Of a stretch of DNA of 38,334 bases, positions 7,064 to 16,143 are shown piece after piece (positions within the stretch are counted from its first letter, which is position 1; each line of letters opens with the position of its first letter). Source of the DNA: an uncultured archaeon (lineage in GTDB: Archaea; Iainarchaeota; Iainarchaeia; Iainarchaeales; DTGL01); the NCBI GenBank assembly GCA_964551725.1, contig CAZKED010000008.1:1-38334 (forward strand), written 5' to 3'. The notes under the pieces are model-generated. The model saw only the letters and a list, made by a program, of their open reading frames with translations. It made no database searches and was not told the origin of the DNA. The translations under genes and the position numbers were made by a program.

Positions 7064-10000
7064 TCAATCACCTCCACCCTGCACGTAGTCCCGCATTGTA
7101 ATGAAGGCATACTCCGTTGCGTCCAGGAACCTGTTTGTGAGGATGAATTCGTACTCTTTCTGCGGCAATGTTCCCTTGTACAGTCCTTTTATTTTGTTGC
7201 CCTCAATCCACATAAGGACTTCCTCGGTCTGCGGGTCTACCGTAATGCTGACGTTCATGAGGCTGCATCCGGAGCAGTTCGGGTCCTGCTTGAGCTTTTG
7301 TATGTATTCGGAGATTTCAAACTCTTTTACCTCGAACAGCGGAGCACTACGTGGCTGTATTTCAAAGGAGCCCTGGTCAAGGGTCATTTCATCAATTGTT
7401 ACCTCCGAGCCCGCCTTGTCTCCGAGAGCACTGCCTGTCACCTTCCAGTTCACTGTATAGGTTTCCGGTATCTCCGGCTGGGATTCCAGGTCAACCTTTG
7501 CTGTGTCAACATCCATCTGCGGGTTTTCCACGTCGCTTGTTTCCGAGTAATAGCATGCGTCCTCGACTTCAAGCATGCCGCTGTCGGTGCCCTCGTTTTC
7601 CTCCGAAAGATCGTATACGTACTTGCTTATCTTAAAGCACGCGTTGGGGTTGTTGACCGTGACTTCAGCAAGCGTTACAAAGCGCAGCTGGGCATCGTAA
7701 TCAAAGCGCGCTTTAACGAATATTGGATAGATTCCCTGGAAGACCCTCTCGCCCTCGGCTTTCGCCTCCACTTCCTTCTCATCAGTTTTCTCTAGCTTGA
7801 ATTCTTTTTCGCTGAGTTTGAGCAGGCTTACCAGCTGGAAATTCACCTTGTCGTCGCATTCATCTGTTTTTATTTTGAATGCCGCGCTCTCGCCTGAATT
7901 GAGCTCTTTTTCCAGCGGCTCGATTGAAATGCAACTCGCGTAATTCTGGTTCACTTCGCCCTCATGCTTTACCTTTATGGGAATGACTTTTGTTGCATAG
8001 CCCGCCTTGCTTACAATGACTGCAACTTCGTCGCCTCTTCTCAGAATGTCTCCTGAATCGCCCTGTTCATAGGAGAAAGTGCCTGCTGCTGTCGTCTGCA
8101 GGGTTGCAAGCGTTTGGGTTACGCCTCCCGAGGTTTTCCTTACTTCAACCCAGGCTCCTTCAATTGGCGCGGCTGTTTCCTTGTCAACCACCGTTCCGTT
8201 AAGCGTGATCGTGGTGCCTATTTCAAGGAATTCAGGCAGGTTAACTACCCTGAGCTGTTCCAGCGAAACAACGCTGAATTTCAGCGCCGGACCTGCTGCC
8301 GTCAAACCGCCGCCCGAAATTCCAAAGGAAAGGTAGGTAAAGTGTGTTTCCTTTGAGGCTTTTATTTTTAAGGGTGCATCTGGAAAGTACACTGCGTCCG
8401 CTCCAAAGGGTTTTGTCATTGCGATGGAATGGGTTGCGCCTTCGCCTATTTCCGGGAAGGTGATTGCGTCGTCTTCTTCCCCCAAGGGACCCTGCCTGTT
8501 TGACACTTCAACGCTTGAACCGCTCAGGTCCTGGGATGTGCAGTTCTTGAGTATGTACCAGAGCTCGTATTCTTCGTCCAGGTTCAGCTGGGTCGCGTTT
8601 TCTCCCTGGGCGAGACCCAGTTCCACTCCGCTCTGCATCAGGGAGAACATCCACGCAATTCCCTCCTCATCCGGGCAGACCAGCGTGTTAACAGGAATTG
8701 TGAGAGTGCCTGTTTCAGTGCTTTTAACCGTTCCGTCGAATTCGGCTTTTGCCTCATAATATGCTGTGAGGTTTTCTTCAGCGGGCAGGCCCTCTTCAAC
8801 AAGCACTTCAATCGTTACGGGCACTTTTATTTTTTCCAGGGAATTCCACTTGACGTTTACCTGCTTTGCACCCTCTCCCGCGGAGGCAAGGCATTCAAGC
8901 TTGCTTTCAAATGGGTCGCCGGTATAGCATGTCGAGAAAAGAATTACGGGGCTTCCTGGAGCGCGTGCGTCCTTTATTTTCATCTTGTAGCCTGCTGTTA
9001 GGAGCGATGCCTGGGTGTCCAGTCCTGCTCTTACATGGTGTATTATGTTCCTTGCATCGTTTTCGAGAATGTAAAGGTTGAATTTAATGTAGTAGGTTGT
9101 CGGGGAGTCGGTTCCTGAAATCACCGCGTCCACTGTTTCACCGCAGTCCCAGTCACTGCAGACTGCAACGTACTCCGCCGCAATCTCTCCGTCGGGAAGA
9201 ATGCTTAAGGGGTCCAATTCGACCAGAACTTCAACCTCGTCGTCTGAGACAATTTCAATATTTCCTCCGTTCCTCCCCACTACTGCTGTCAGGTAGCCTT
9301 CCTTTACCACCTTTACGTAAACCTTCTTGTCCGCCCTTATGTCCCCGGAAGGACATTCCCCGCTTGCATCTGTCAGGCATTCGCTTAACTGGAGGCTGCC
9401 CTGCGATGCATCGTAGAAAGAAACTATTGCATCCTCCAATGCGTTTTCCGTTTCCGAATCCATCACTTTGACCTTCACAGTGCCGTTTCCGAACGCGATT
9501 CTTACCGGCAGCACTATTGTAGACCCTGCTTCCAAATATTTCTTGTCCGATTCACCGGAGCGGTCGCCTTTTTCCGCTATAGCGTAATATCTCTCGCTCG
9601 AGTTTGAGGGAATGTTTTCGAATTTGTACTGGCCTTCCTCGTTTGTTCTGAGGGAAATCCCGGGGCTGGAATTCCAGGGAACTCCCGGAAAATCGGTCCT
9701 GTGAAGGGAGACAACCGCTTCTTTTATTGCACTGCCTTCCTCGTCCTTCACTTTTACAATTACTGAACCGTGTCTTGTTGCGGCTTCGCCTTCAGGCGGC
9801 AGTTCGTGTATTTCCAGTTCCTCCACCGAATCGCTGTCAAGGTTTTTTGCGGTCAAAGCAAACATCTCTGTTATAAAGCCCTCCTTTGAAACAAGCGCGA
9901 CAAAGTCCTTGCTCTCATCGGGCCTGTTTACCATTAACTCTATTTCCCCTGATGCGGGCGTTGTTTCCTTCCACTGCGAGGCTTTGTCCATGAAAATTGT

Positions 10001-11122
10001 GACATTTGCTCCTTCGACCGCCTGGTCATTCTTTGCGTTTAGTATCTTGAAGTGAAGCTTTTTCGTAATGTCGAGTTCGGGAAGCTCCAGCACAACAGAC
10101 GTGGTTTTTCCGGTTGTGACCCTCACATCGCCCTGTTCTGCAATCCTTGAATCTTTCTCCGCTCTCACAGTGTAAAGTCCCGGTTCAACGCTTTTGAATT
10201 CAACCGTTCCATTGGAAGAAGTGCCTTTCATTGTCTCGTTTCCCTGCGAATCAATGAGCTTGACAGCTGCGTCTGCAACCCTGCCACCGCTGTCTGAAAC
10301 AATTACCTCCATATTGCCTGTTGTTTCGATTTCCTCTACTGGAACGAGCCTTATGGATTCAACCGTTTTATCCGGGCGAAGTCTTTTCGTTGCGGTCTCG
10401 TAGCCCTCGGCTTTCACGCTTATCTCCATTACACCGCAGTCTTCGGGGTTTCCTATTGTGAAAGGCTGGTTTGCGCCTGCCTCGAATGTACGGGGTTCGG
10501 GCGCTTCTCCCAGGCTGCACGTGAATTCCATTGTAATAGGAACATCGTTTACATAGCCTCCCGTCCTGTCGTTGACAACGTAAATTTTGTACTCTTTTGC
10601 GGGTCCCACGACAACGGCTCCAGCGGGCCTGAGGGAAACCGCTTTTGTTTCCCCGTCCTTTAGCGTAACGTTTTCCTCTGTGTGGTCCTGGTAGGATTCA
10701 CCGCCCTTAACCGTGAGGTCTACCTTTACCTCTTCGCTGTCCAACTCGAATTTCGCCACTCCCTTTTCGTCGGTTTTTTCCGTGTCCGTTTTTCCGTCAG
10801 GCGTCTGGATTATTACATTAATGTTTGGCAAAGGTTCGCCTTCGTCACTCTCCACCTGCACTATTGCCTCGTACTCTGCAACTGGTCCCACGCACCAGGG
10901 GCAGCTTATTGCCCACACTGCCCCGTAGACAAGAAGCACGAGTACCGCGGCGCAGAGGATGATGAAGAGAATGAAGGAGGGGAAATACTTGTCAATCGGG
11001 TCAACTAGTTTGTACACAGGCAGACGCCGGTCCGTCGCATCCAGAAAATCGTAATAGCGGTCCTCCAAAGAAAAATAGAAATTTTTTATTTTACTTCCTA
11101 ATTTGTTTGTTAAAATCCCCAT
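7064..11122 (-). CDS. Large N-terminally anchored surface protein with tandem carboxypeptidase-regulatory-like (transthyretin/Cna-B-type) beta-sandwich domains
   Basis: 1352-aa ORF with one TM helix near residues 48-72. Repeated pattern V.V.D..G.(P/A)(I/L)..A.V......T...G...F (e.g. VKVKDEEGSAIKEAVVSL...TNEEGQYKFENIP; GTVVDKETAAPIEGAWVEV...TTAAGTFSY). GGTGA SD upstream. Confidence 0.85.
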   Translation of the reverse strand: MGILTNKLGSKIKNFYFSLEDRYYDFLDATDRRLPVYKLVDPIDKYFPSFILFIILCAAVLVLLVYGAVWAISCPWCVGPVAEYEAIVQVESDEGEPLPNINVIIQTPDGKTDTEKTDEKGVAKFELDSEEVKVDLTVKGGESYQDHTEENVTLKDGETKAVSLRPAGAVVVGPAKEYKIYVVNDRTGGYVNDVPITMEFTCSLGEAPEPRTFEAGANQPFTIGNPEDCGVMEISVKAEGYETATKRLRPDKTVESIRLVPVEEIETTGNMEVIVSDSGGRVADAAVKLIDSQGNETMKGTSSNGTVEFKSVEPGLYTVRAEKDSRIAEQGDVRVTTGKTTSVVLELPELDITKKLHFKILNAKNDQAVEGANVTIFMDKASQWKETTPASGEIELMVNRPDESKDFVALVSKEGFITEMFALTAKNLDSDSVEELEIHELPPEGEAATRHGSVIVKVKDEEGSAIKEAVVSLHRTDFPGVPWNSSPGISLRTNEEGQYKFENIPSNSSERYYAIAEKGDRSGESDKKYLEAGSTIVLPVRIAFGNGTVKVKVMDSETENALEDAIVSFYDASQGSLQLSECLTDASGECPSGDIRADKKVYVKVVKEGYLTAVVGRNGGNIEIVSDDEVEVLVELDPLSILPDGEIAAEYVAVCSDWDCGETVDAVISGTDSPTTYYIKFNLYILENDARNIIHHVRAGLDTQASLLTAGYKMKIKDARAPGSPVILFSTCYTGDPFESKLECLASAGEGAKQVNVKWNSLEKIKVPVTIEVLVEEGLPAEENLTAYYEAKAEFDGTVKSTETGTLTIPVNTLVCPDEEGIAWMFSLMQSGVELGLAQGENATQLNLDEEYELWYILKNCTSQDLSGSSVEVSNRQGPLGEEDDAITFPEIGEGATHSIAMTKPFGADAVYFPDAPLKIKASKETHFTYLSFGISGGGLTAAGPALKFSVVSLEQLRVVNLPEFLEIGTTITLNGTVVDKETAAPIEGAWVEVRKTSGGVTQTLATLQTTAAGTFSYEQGDSGDILRRGDEVAVIVSKAGYATKVIPIKVKHEGEVNQNYASCISIEPLEKELNSGESAAFKIKTDECDDKVNFQLVSLLKLSEKEFKLEKTDEKEVEAKAEGERVFQGIYPIFVKARFDYDAQLRFVTLAEVTVNNPNACFKISKYVYDLSEENEGTDSGMLEVEDACYYSETSDVENPQMDVDTAKVDLESQPEIPETYTVNWKVTGSALGDKAGSEVTIDEMTLDQGSFEIQPRSAPLFEVKEFEISEYIQKLKQDPNCSGCSLMNVSITVDPQTEEVLMWIEGNKIKGLYKGTLPQKEYEFILTNRFLDATEYAFITMRDYVQGGGD

Positions 11123-11336
11123 ACCTTTTTCACCATCCTCTAAAAATTTTTACAAACTTTTGAAACAAATTTACCACGGATTCATGTTAAATTGTTAACT
11201 GTGTTAATTACTTTATTCTCGGGCAAATTATTAAAATATATGTATCCTTATTAATAAACTTTTTCATTTAAAAAAAACGCACCTTTTGGGCAAAAGCGGT
11301 TTATTAAAAGAGGCTCGTAATCCATAATTTTCACTC

Positions 11337-13502
11337 TTAACCAAAACCCCCCAGGGAGCTCTGTTCTTCGCGCGGTTTCCTTTTGTTCGGGTTCCTGCCG
11401 GAACTCACCCGCTTCCCGCCTATCTGGCGCTTTACCTTGAGCGCTGTTTCTTGCCCCAGAACGCGGAAAAGTTCGGAAAAGGGGGCTTTTTTGAGTGCCG
11501 CCGCAGACCTTAATCCTGCCCTCCAGAGTCTGCGCGCTCTCACCCTTCCTATGCCCCTGAGTTCTGTAAGGGGAAGCAGCTCTTCCCTGACGCCGTGCTT
11601 GAGCCTCTTCCTCATCTTATACATAACAGGGATGTTCTCCTCCCTTTGCAGCAGCTTGGAGAGCTCGATTGCAGAGTAGGCAAGCCAGTCGCAAATCCGC
11701 CTCTTTGAGAAAAGAATGCCCGGCTGCACGCTGTATTGCTCCATTATTTCGCTCTCGCTCTTCTCATTAATCCAGTCCTCGAGCATAAGCGCGGAGCGGA
11801 ATTTTGAAAGAAGCGAGGAATCAAAAAACTGCTCGCGCTGCAGATCAATGGGTAGCTCGGATTCGCGCAATTGCAGCGATTCCCAGAGCTCGGTTTCGGA
11901 TTTCTTCGGAACGCTGAGGCATGGCATAAACTCTGACGTATCAGTCAGGCAATAGAGCGCGCCGAATTCTTTGAGCTTTTTCTGCAGCGCGGAAATTATT
12001 TTATGCGCTGAAAGCGGGTCCAAGTAAAGGTCTGATACGCGCTGCCCGAGCGCGGTTGCTGCAAGCTTTCCACCGCTTTCCCGCACGAATTCCAGTTCAA
12101 CCAGCTCGGAGGTCAGTTCTTCGAGCTTTTCGAGCAGTGGTCCGAGGGAGGAATACTGCGAGGCATAAAAAGTGCGGGAGAAAAACTTTTCCATTGAAGC
12201 AGAGTCAAAAACAAAGCGGGAGGCAATTAAAGCGAGGAGGTGCATTCTCAGCACGGGCTCGAAGGAAAGCCGGGATTCCACTGGCTCGATTTCGCCGTTG
12301 ATGTATGAATCGCGCAATTCCTCTTCCTCAAGGTCATTCCTTGCAACAATAATTGACTCTCCACTGGAATCAAAGCGAGGTCTTCCTGCCCTCCCTGCCA
12401 TCTGTTTGTATTCCCTTACAGGAATGCGCTGCATTCCGTAAGCGGTGTATCGGTAAAGCGAGGGAATCACAACGCGGAAAGCCGGAGTATTGATTCCAGC
12501 TGCAAGTGTGGGGGTAGCGGAAACAAGCTTTATTTTTCCGCCGCGGAATGCATCTTCCACAATCTGGCGCTGCTTCGGCAAAAGACCGGCGTGGTGGAAT
12601 GCTGTTCCCTTCCTTACGAGGGAAGCGAGCTTTCTGCACTGTTGTGTAGGAATTTCGAGCACGCTTTCAACGCGCTGCGCAACGCGGAGTAAAAAATCTT
12701 TTTCTTTTTCCGACAATCTTTTCCCGACGGTGTTTGAGTGCTTTTTTGCAAATCCCTCGGCATTCCTGCGCGTGTTGAGGAAAAACAACGCCTGCTTTTT
12801 TTTCTCCAGGGTGTCCTCTATGAGGGCCTGCACCTGCTCTTTCCCTATCCTGAGTTCGTTCTGCAGGGAATCAAAGTAAAGCGTGCTGTTTAGGAGGATT
12901 CCCTCCCTGAGCTCCACAGGTCTGAAATCGCTTTCAATCAGTTCCGCGGAAAGCCATTCCGCTATTTCCGCGGCATTCGGAATTGTCGCGCTCAGCGCGG
13001 CAATCTGGAGCGAGGGAACAATAGAGGACAGCTTCGAGATTACCATTTCAAGCGTTGCGCCCCTGTCTGAATCCAGCTCGTGGATTTCATCCGCCACGAG
13101 CAAGCCCACTCTGGAAAGCCACTGGGCGCGGTGCCTTATCAGGGAATCAACTTTTTCATTTGTCGCGAATATGAGGTCATAATTGCTCAAATACTTCGAG
13201 CTTGAATCAAAGTCGCCGGTGCTCAACGCAACCCTTATGTGCAGGGGCTTGCTGTAGCGCCTTTTGAATTCAGAGTAGTGCTCCGAGGCAAGCGCCTTGA
13301 GGGGACAGGTGTAGATTACTTTCTTTTTTTTATTAATTATTGTATTAAGAGCGCAGAGTTCCGCTATTACCGTTTTGCCGCTCGCTGTCGGCGCGCTTAT
13401 TACAATGTTTTTCTCGAAAATCTTTTTTCCGAGAGCGGCTTTCTGCAGGGGGTTGAAAGAGCGGAATTCATTCAGGGAAAGAAGCTTCTTTTCAATGTCC
13501 AT
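11337..13502 (-). CDS. hel308: Ski2-like DEAD/DEAH-box helicase Hel308/Hjm
   Basis: SAPTASGKT (motif I), DEIH (II), LSAT (III), QMAGRAGRP (VI), C-terminal HhH LRGIGRVRARRL; ~720 aa. Confidence 0.92.
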   Translation of the reverse strand: MDIEKKLLSLNEFRSFNPLQKAALGKKIFEKNIVISAPTASGKTVIAELCALNTIINKKKKVIYTCPLKALASEHYSEFKRRYSKPLHIRVALSTGDFDSSSKYLSNYDLIFATNEKVDSLIRHRAQWLSRVGLLVADEIHELDSDRGATLEMVISKLSSIVPSLQIAALSATIPNAAEIAEWLSAELIESDFRPVELREGILLNSTLYFDSLQNELRIGKEQVQALIEDTLEKKKQALFFLNTRRNAEGFAKKHSNTVGKRLSEKEKDFLLRVAQRVESVLEIPTQQCRKLASLVRKGTAFHHAGLLPKQRQIVEDAFRGGKIKLVSATPTLAAGINTPAFRVVIPSLYRYTAYGMQRIPVREYKQMAGRAGRPRFDSSGESIIVARNDLEEEELRDSYINGEIEPVESRLSFEPVLRMHLLALIASRFVFDSASMEKFFSRTFYASQYSSLGPLLEKLEELTSELVELEFVRESGGKLAATALGQRVSDLYLDPLSAHKIISALQKKLKEFGALYCLTDTSEFMPCLSVPKKSETELWESLQLRESELPIDLQREQFFDSSLLSKFRSALMLEDWINEKSESEIMEQYSVQPGILFSKRRICDWLAYSAIELSKLLQREENIPVMYKMRKRLKHGVREELLPLTELRGIGRVRARRLWRAGLRSAAALKKAPFSELFRVLGQETALKVKRQIGGKRVSSGRNPNKRKPREEQSSLGGFG

Positions 13503-13563
13503 CAATCAAAATTGATGGGGAAAGGATTTAAAGTAATTCAGGGAGGAATTCCGGTAAAACCCG

Positions 13564-14211
13564 TCATTCCCCTGCCCATTTCATGAGCTCGCGTAGCGTG
13601 GAAACGTCCTCCCGCAGCGAGGAAATTTTTTTCCCGAGTTCGGCGAGCTTGCGTGCGCTTTCTGTTTGCCTGAAGAGCTGCAGGTCCTTGGCATAGCGCG
13701 CCACCTTTTTGTCCTTTTTGTAAACGATGGAATTCTGCACTGTTTCCGTGAGCTGCCTCCTGTAATCCTCGTCGTGAACGAACATCCTAATCATGGGCTG
13801 CCATCTTTTGTCCGAGACAAGGTGCACCGGCAGCCCTACCTTCGCGGCATTCTCCCTGTAATCCTTGTCCAGGGCAGACTTCGAGACATGCTGCCAGTAC
13901 AAGGGCTGGGAAAATTTCCTGAGACCGTGCATCAGGTTGTAGAGCTGCGCTTCCTTGAGTTTTTTCTCCCACCGCGCTTTTCGCTCCTGTAGTTCCGAAA
14001 GCGAGGACTGCTTTTCCTTTATGAGCCTTCTGAGGCGGAGTTTTGTGGGATACACCAGCGAGGGAGCCCTGCCCTCAGGGTATTCAACCCTTACTATTCC
14101 CCCGCTAGAAAAATAGTGCTCCAGGGCGGAAGCGCGTGAGGCATTCTCCTTGAGGGAATGCTTGAATTTTTTTTTGAATTTTTCCATCGAGGAGAATGTT
14201 TCCTGGGGCAT
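13564..14211 (-). CDS. Hypothetical basic coiled-coil protein (~215 aa)
   Basis: ORF fills the gap between hel308 and nac. ATG 14211 (MPQETF) lies ~27 nt downstream of a minus-strand TTTATTAA box (14238-14245). Confidence 0.75.
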   Translation of the reverse strand: MPQETFSSMEKFKKKFKHSLKENASRASALEHYFSSGGIVRVEYPEGRAPSLVYPTKLRLRRLIKEKQSSLSELQERKARWEKKLKEAQLYNLMHGLRKFSQPLYWQHVSKSALDKDYRENAAKVGLPVHLVSDKRWQPMIRMFVHDEDYRRQLTETVQNSIVYKKDKKVARYAKDLQLFRQTESARKLAELGKKISSLREDVSTLRELMKWAGE

Positions 14212-14293
14212 AATTCTAATTAAAGGTTGGAAGGGGTTAATAAATCTTTTTCTCAATTAAATAATGCTTAAGGCAGGCGAAAGGAGGGATTGC

Positions 14294-14635
14294 ATGTTTC
14301 CGGGAATGCGCGGAATGAACCCCAAGCAAATGAAAATGATGATGAAGCAGCTGGGAATAAAAAGCGAGGAAATCAATGCAAAAAGGGCAATATTCGAACT
14401 CGAAAACGGAAAGATAACAATTGAGAATCCCAGCATTACGGCAATAGAGCAGGCAGGGCAGAAAATATTCACGGTTGCCGGCAAACCGCTGCAAGAGGAA
14501 GGGAACAGCATTCCCGAAGAGGACATTGCGCTTGTCGCAGGGCAGTGTAAAGTGCCGGCTGAAAAAGCCAAAAAAGCGCTTGAGGGTTCCCAGGGCGATA
14601 TCGCCGGAGCGATAAAGAAACTGAAAGGGGATTAG
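14294..14635 (+). CDS. nac: Nascent polypeptide-associated complex protein (archaeal NAC)
   Basis: MFPGMRGMNPKQMKMMMKQLGI N-terminus, UBA-like C-terminus EEDIALVAGQ...GDIAGAI, AGGAGGG SD before ATG 14294. Confidence 0.93.
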   Translation: MFPGMRGMNPKQMKMMMKQLGIKSEEINAKRAIFELENGKITIENPSITAIEQAGQKIFTVAGKPLQEEGNSIPEEDIALVAGQCKVPAEKAKKALEGSQGDIAGAIKKLKGD

Positions 14636-14641
14636 GCGCGT

Positions 14642-16003
14642 TCACTCTGTTTTTTCATTTGCCTGCGCCAGTACAATTGTTTCCCTCTGGGTGTAAAAGG
14701 CAACCACTGCCTCTACTTTTTCCCCTGTTGAATGCCCGGGCAAAAGCCTTGCGCTTATCGCTTCACCGGAAAAAAATTCCTCGTTTGAATCAATGTCCCT
14801 AAGGGAATTTACATCCAGTTCCGCGGGCTGGAAAACCGTGAGACCAAGGTTCCTTGAAAGCAGTGCATCACTGACTTTTTCTGCTGCACCGCCGAGCGAA
14901 TTGTGCGAAAATTCAATTTTTCCCGATATCTGGGCGAAGGGATTCTCCACGGAAGAAACCCTTTCCGAGAGACCGGCTTCCTCGAACGCGCTGAATGCCT
15001 GCTCCCTGAGAGCGGCAAAACCTTCCAGGGAAGCGAAGGAAATCAGGGCTGAAAGTTTTCCCGGCTCGGAGGAGAAGGAAATTCCCGAAATGCCCTCGAT
15101 TCCTGAGAGCGCCGCATTTATGTCCTGTTCAAGTGAAAGAACAGATTGCTCTGTTTCAAGTCCCTGCGTGTTGAAATCAATTGTGAATTCCCGGCTCTGT
15201 GCGTTTAGATTCACTTCCGCGTTGTTTGCGTCGGCTATTTCGGAAAGCTCTTCTTCGAGTTCCCCTGCACTGAAGCCGCCGTACAGTATGCTGCCTTCGA
15301 ATGCGAGTTCCGGGGAAAGTGAAACGATTTCCGCGGTAACTTCCGCGGAGCGGGAAACGGGCTGGGCTGAAATGTTCTGGACCTCGTAGGCGTCCAGTGA
15401 AACAATCTGGTCGCCTGTGAGCTCCAATTCAATGTTTATTTTCAGCATATCGCCTTGCACTGCGGTTATTCCCACAAACCCTTCCAGAAAAGGCTGACTG
15501 AAATTATAGTCGCGCTGTAAGTTGAGGTCCTTGCTGCTCGAAACAATTGTTATTTTTTGCGGAATCCTGAGCAATGCCCTGCCTATAAAACTCACGTCCG
15601 AGATAATTCCGTCATCCTCAATTGCCTCGCCTAGTGCAATGAAATCAGTGTTCTCCGCTGCAAGGAAATCCACGAAGAACGGCAGGAAGTCCTCCCTGCT
15701 CCTGTCCGGCTGACCGAAAAAAGGCGCGTTCTGGAAACTCTCTATTCCGTCAATGCGTATCAGGCGCGAGAGGATTGCGTCCATATTCGTTTCAGAAGTA
15801 TACCCTTGCAGCCTTACAACGCGCAGCATTCTTTCGACGTTTGCATCCACGGAACTGGCTTCGAACTGGATTCTCTGGATTGCCGGCGTTGGCGTCGGAG
15901 TCTGGTTGTTGCCGTCATTGCTGCTTGTTACAATGCTCCCGCCTATAACCGAGCCGATTATGAGTATCGTTACAATAAGTGCAGGCCACATGTTCTTGTT
16001 CAT
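14642..16003 (-). CDS. Hypothetical acidic membrane-anchored or secreted protein
   Basis: 453-aa ORF with an N-terminal hydrophobic helix then a QTPTPTP linker; GGAGA upstream. Confidence 0.8.
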   Translation of the reverse strand: MNKNMWPALIVTILIIGSVIGGSIVTSSNDGNNQTPTPTPAIQRIQFEASSVDANVERMLRVVRLQGYTSETNMDAILSRLIRIDGIESFQNAPFFGQPDRSREDFLPFFVDFLAAENTDFIALGEAIEDDGIISDVSFIGRALLRIPQKITIVSSSKDLNLQRDYNFSQPFLEGFVGITAVQGDMLKINIELELTGDQIVSLDAYEVQNISAQPVSRSAEVTAEIVSLSPELAFEGSILYGGFSAGELEEELSEIADANNAEVNLNAQSREFTIDFNTQGLETEQSVLSLEQDINAALSGIEGISGISFSSEPGKLSALISFASLEGFAALREQAFSAFEEAGLSERVSSVENPFAQISGKIEFSHNSLGGAAEKVSDALLSRNLGLTVFQPAELDVNSLRDIDSNEEFFSGEAISARLLPGHSTGEKVEAVVAFYTQRETIVLAQANEKTE

Positions 16004-16143
16004 TTTATCGTCTCCGGAAAGAAAAAAGAGATTTCCGCTACAAAGGATTCCTGGAAAAAGTAAAAAAAGCTATCGCTGGTTAATTATTTTCCGAAAGAGG
16101 GAAGAAAGAAGGGAAAAAGAAAGAAATAAAACGGAGTGGTTTC

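Noticed and set aside
5476-7795. Long plus-strand ORFs (315 aa and 357 aa) and similar ones such as 18803-19564 and 27871-28602
   Set aside because: They are antisense shadows of well-supported genes, with no motifs or ribosome-binding sites.
11171-11185. Four-codon uORF (MNPW*) upstream of the surface operon on the minus strand
   Set aside because: Too short to distinguish from chance, with no SD.
16004-16143. Purine-rich run between divergent genes as a repeat element
   Set aside because: Low-complexity A/G sequence with no defined repeat unit; consistent with an ordinary divergent promoter and UTR region.
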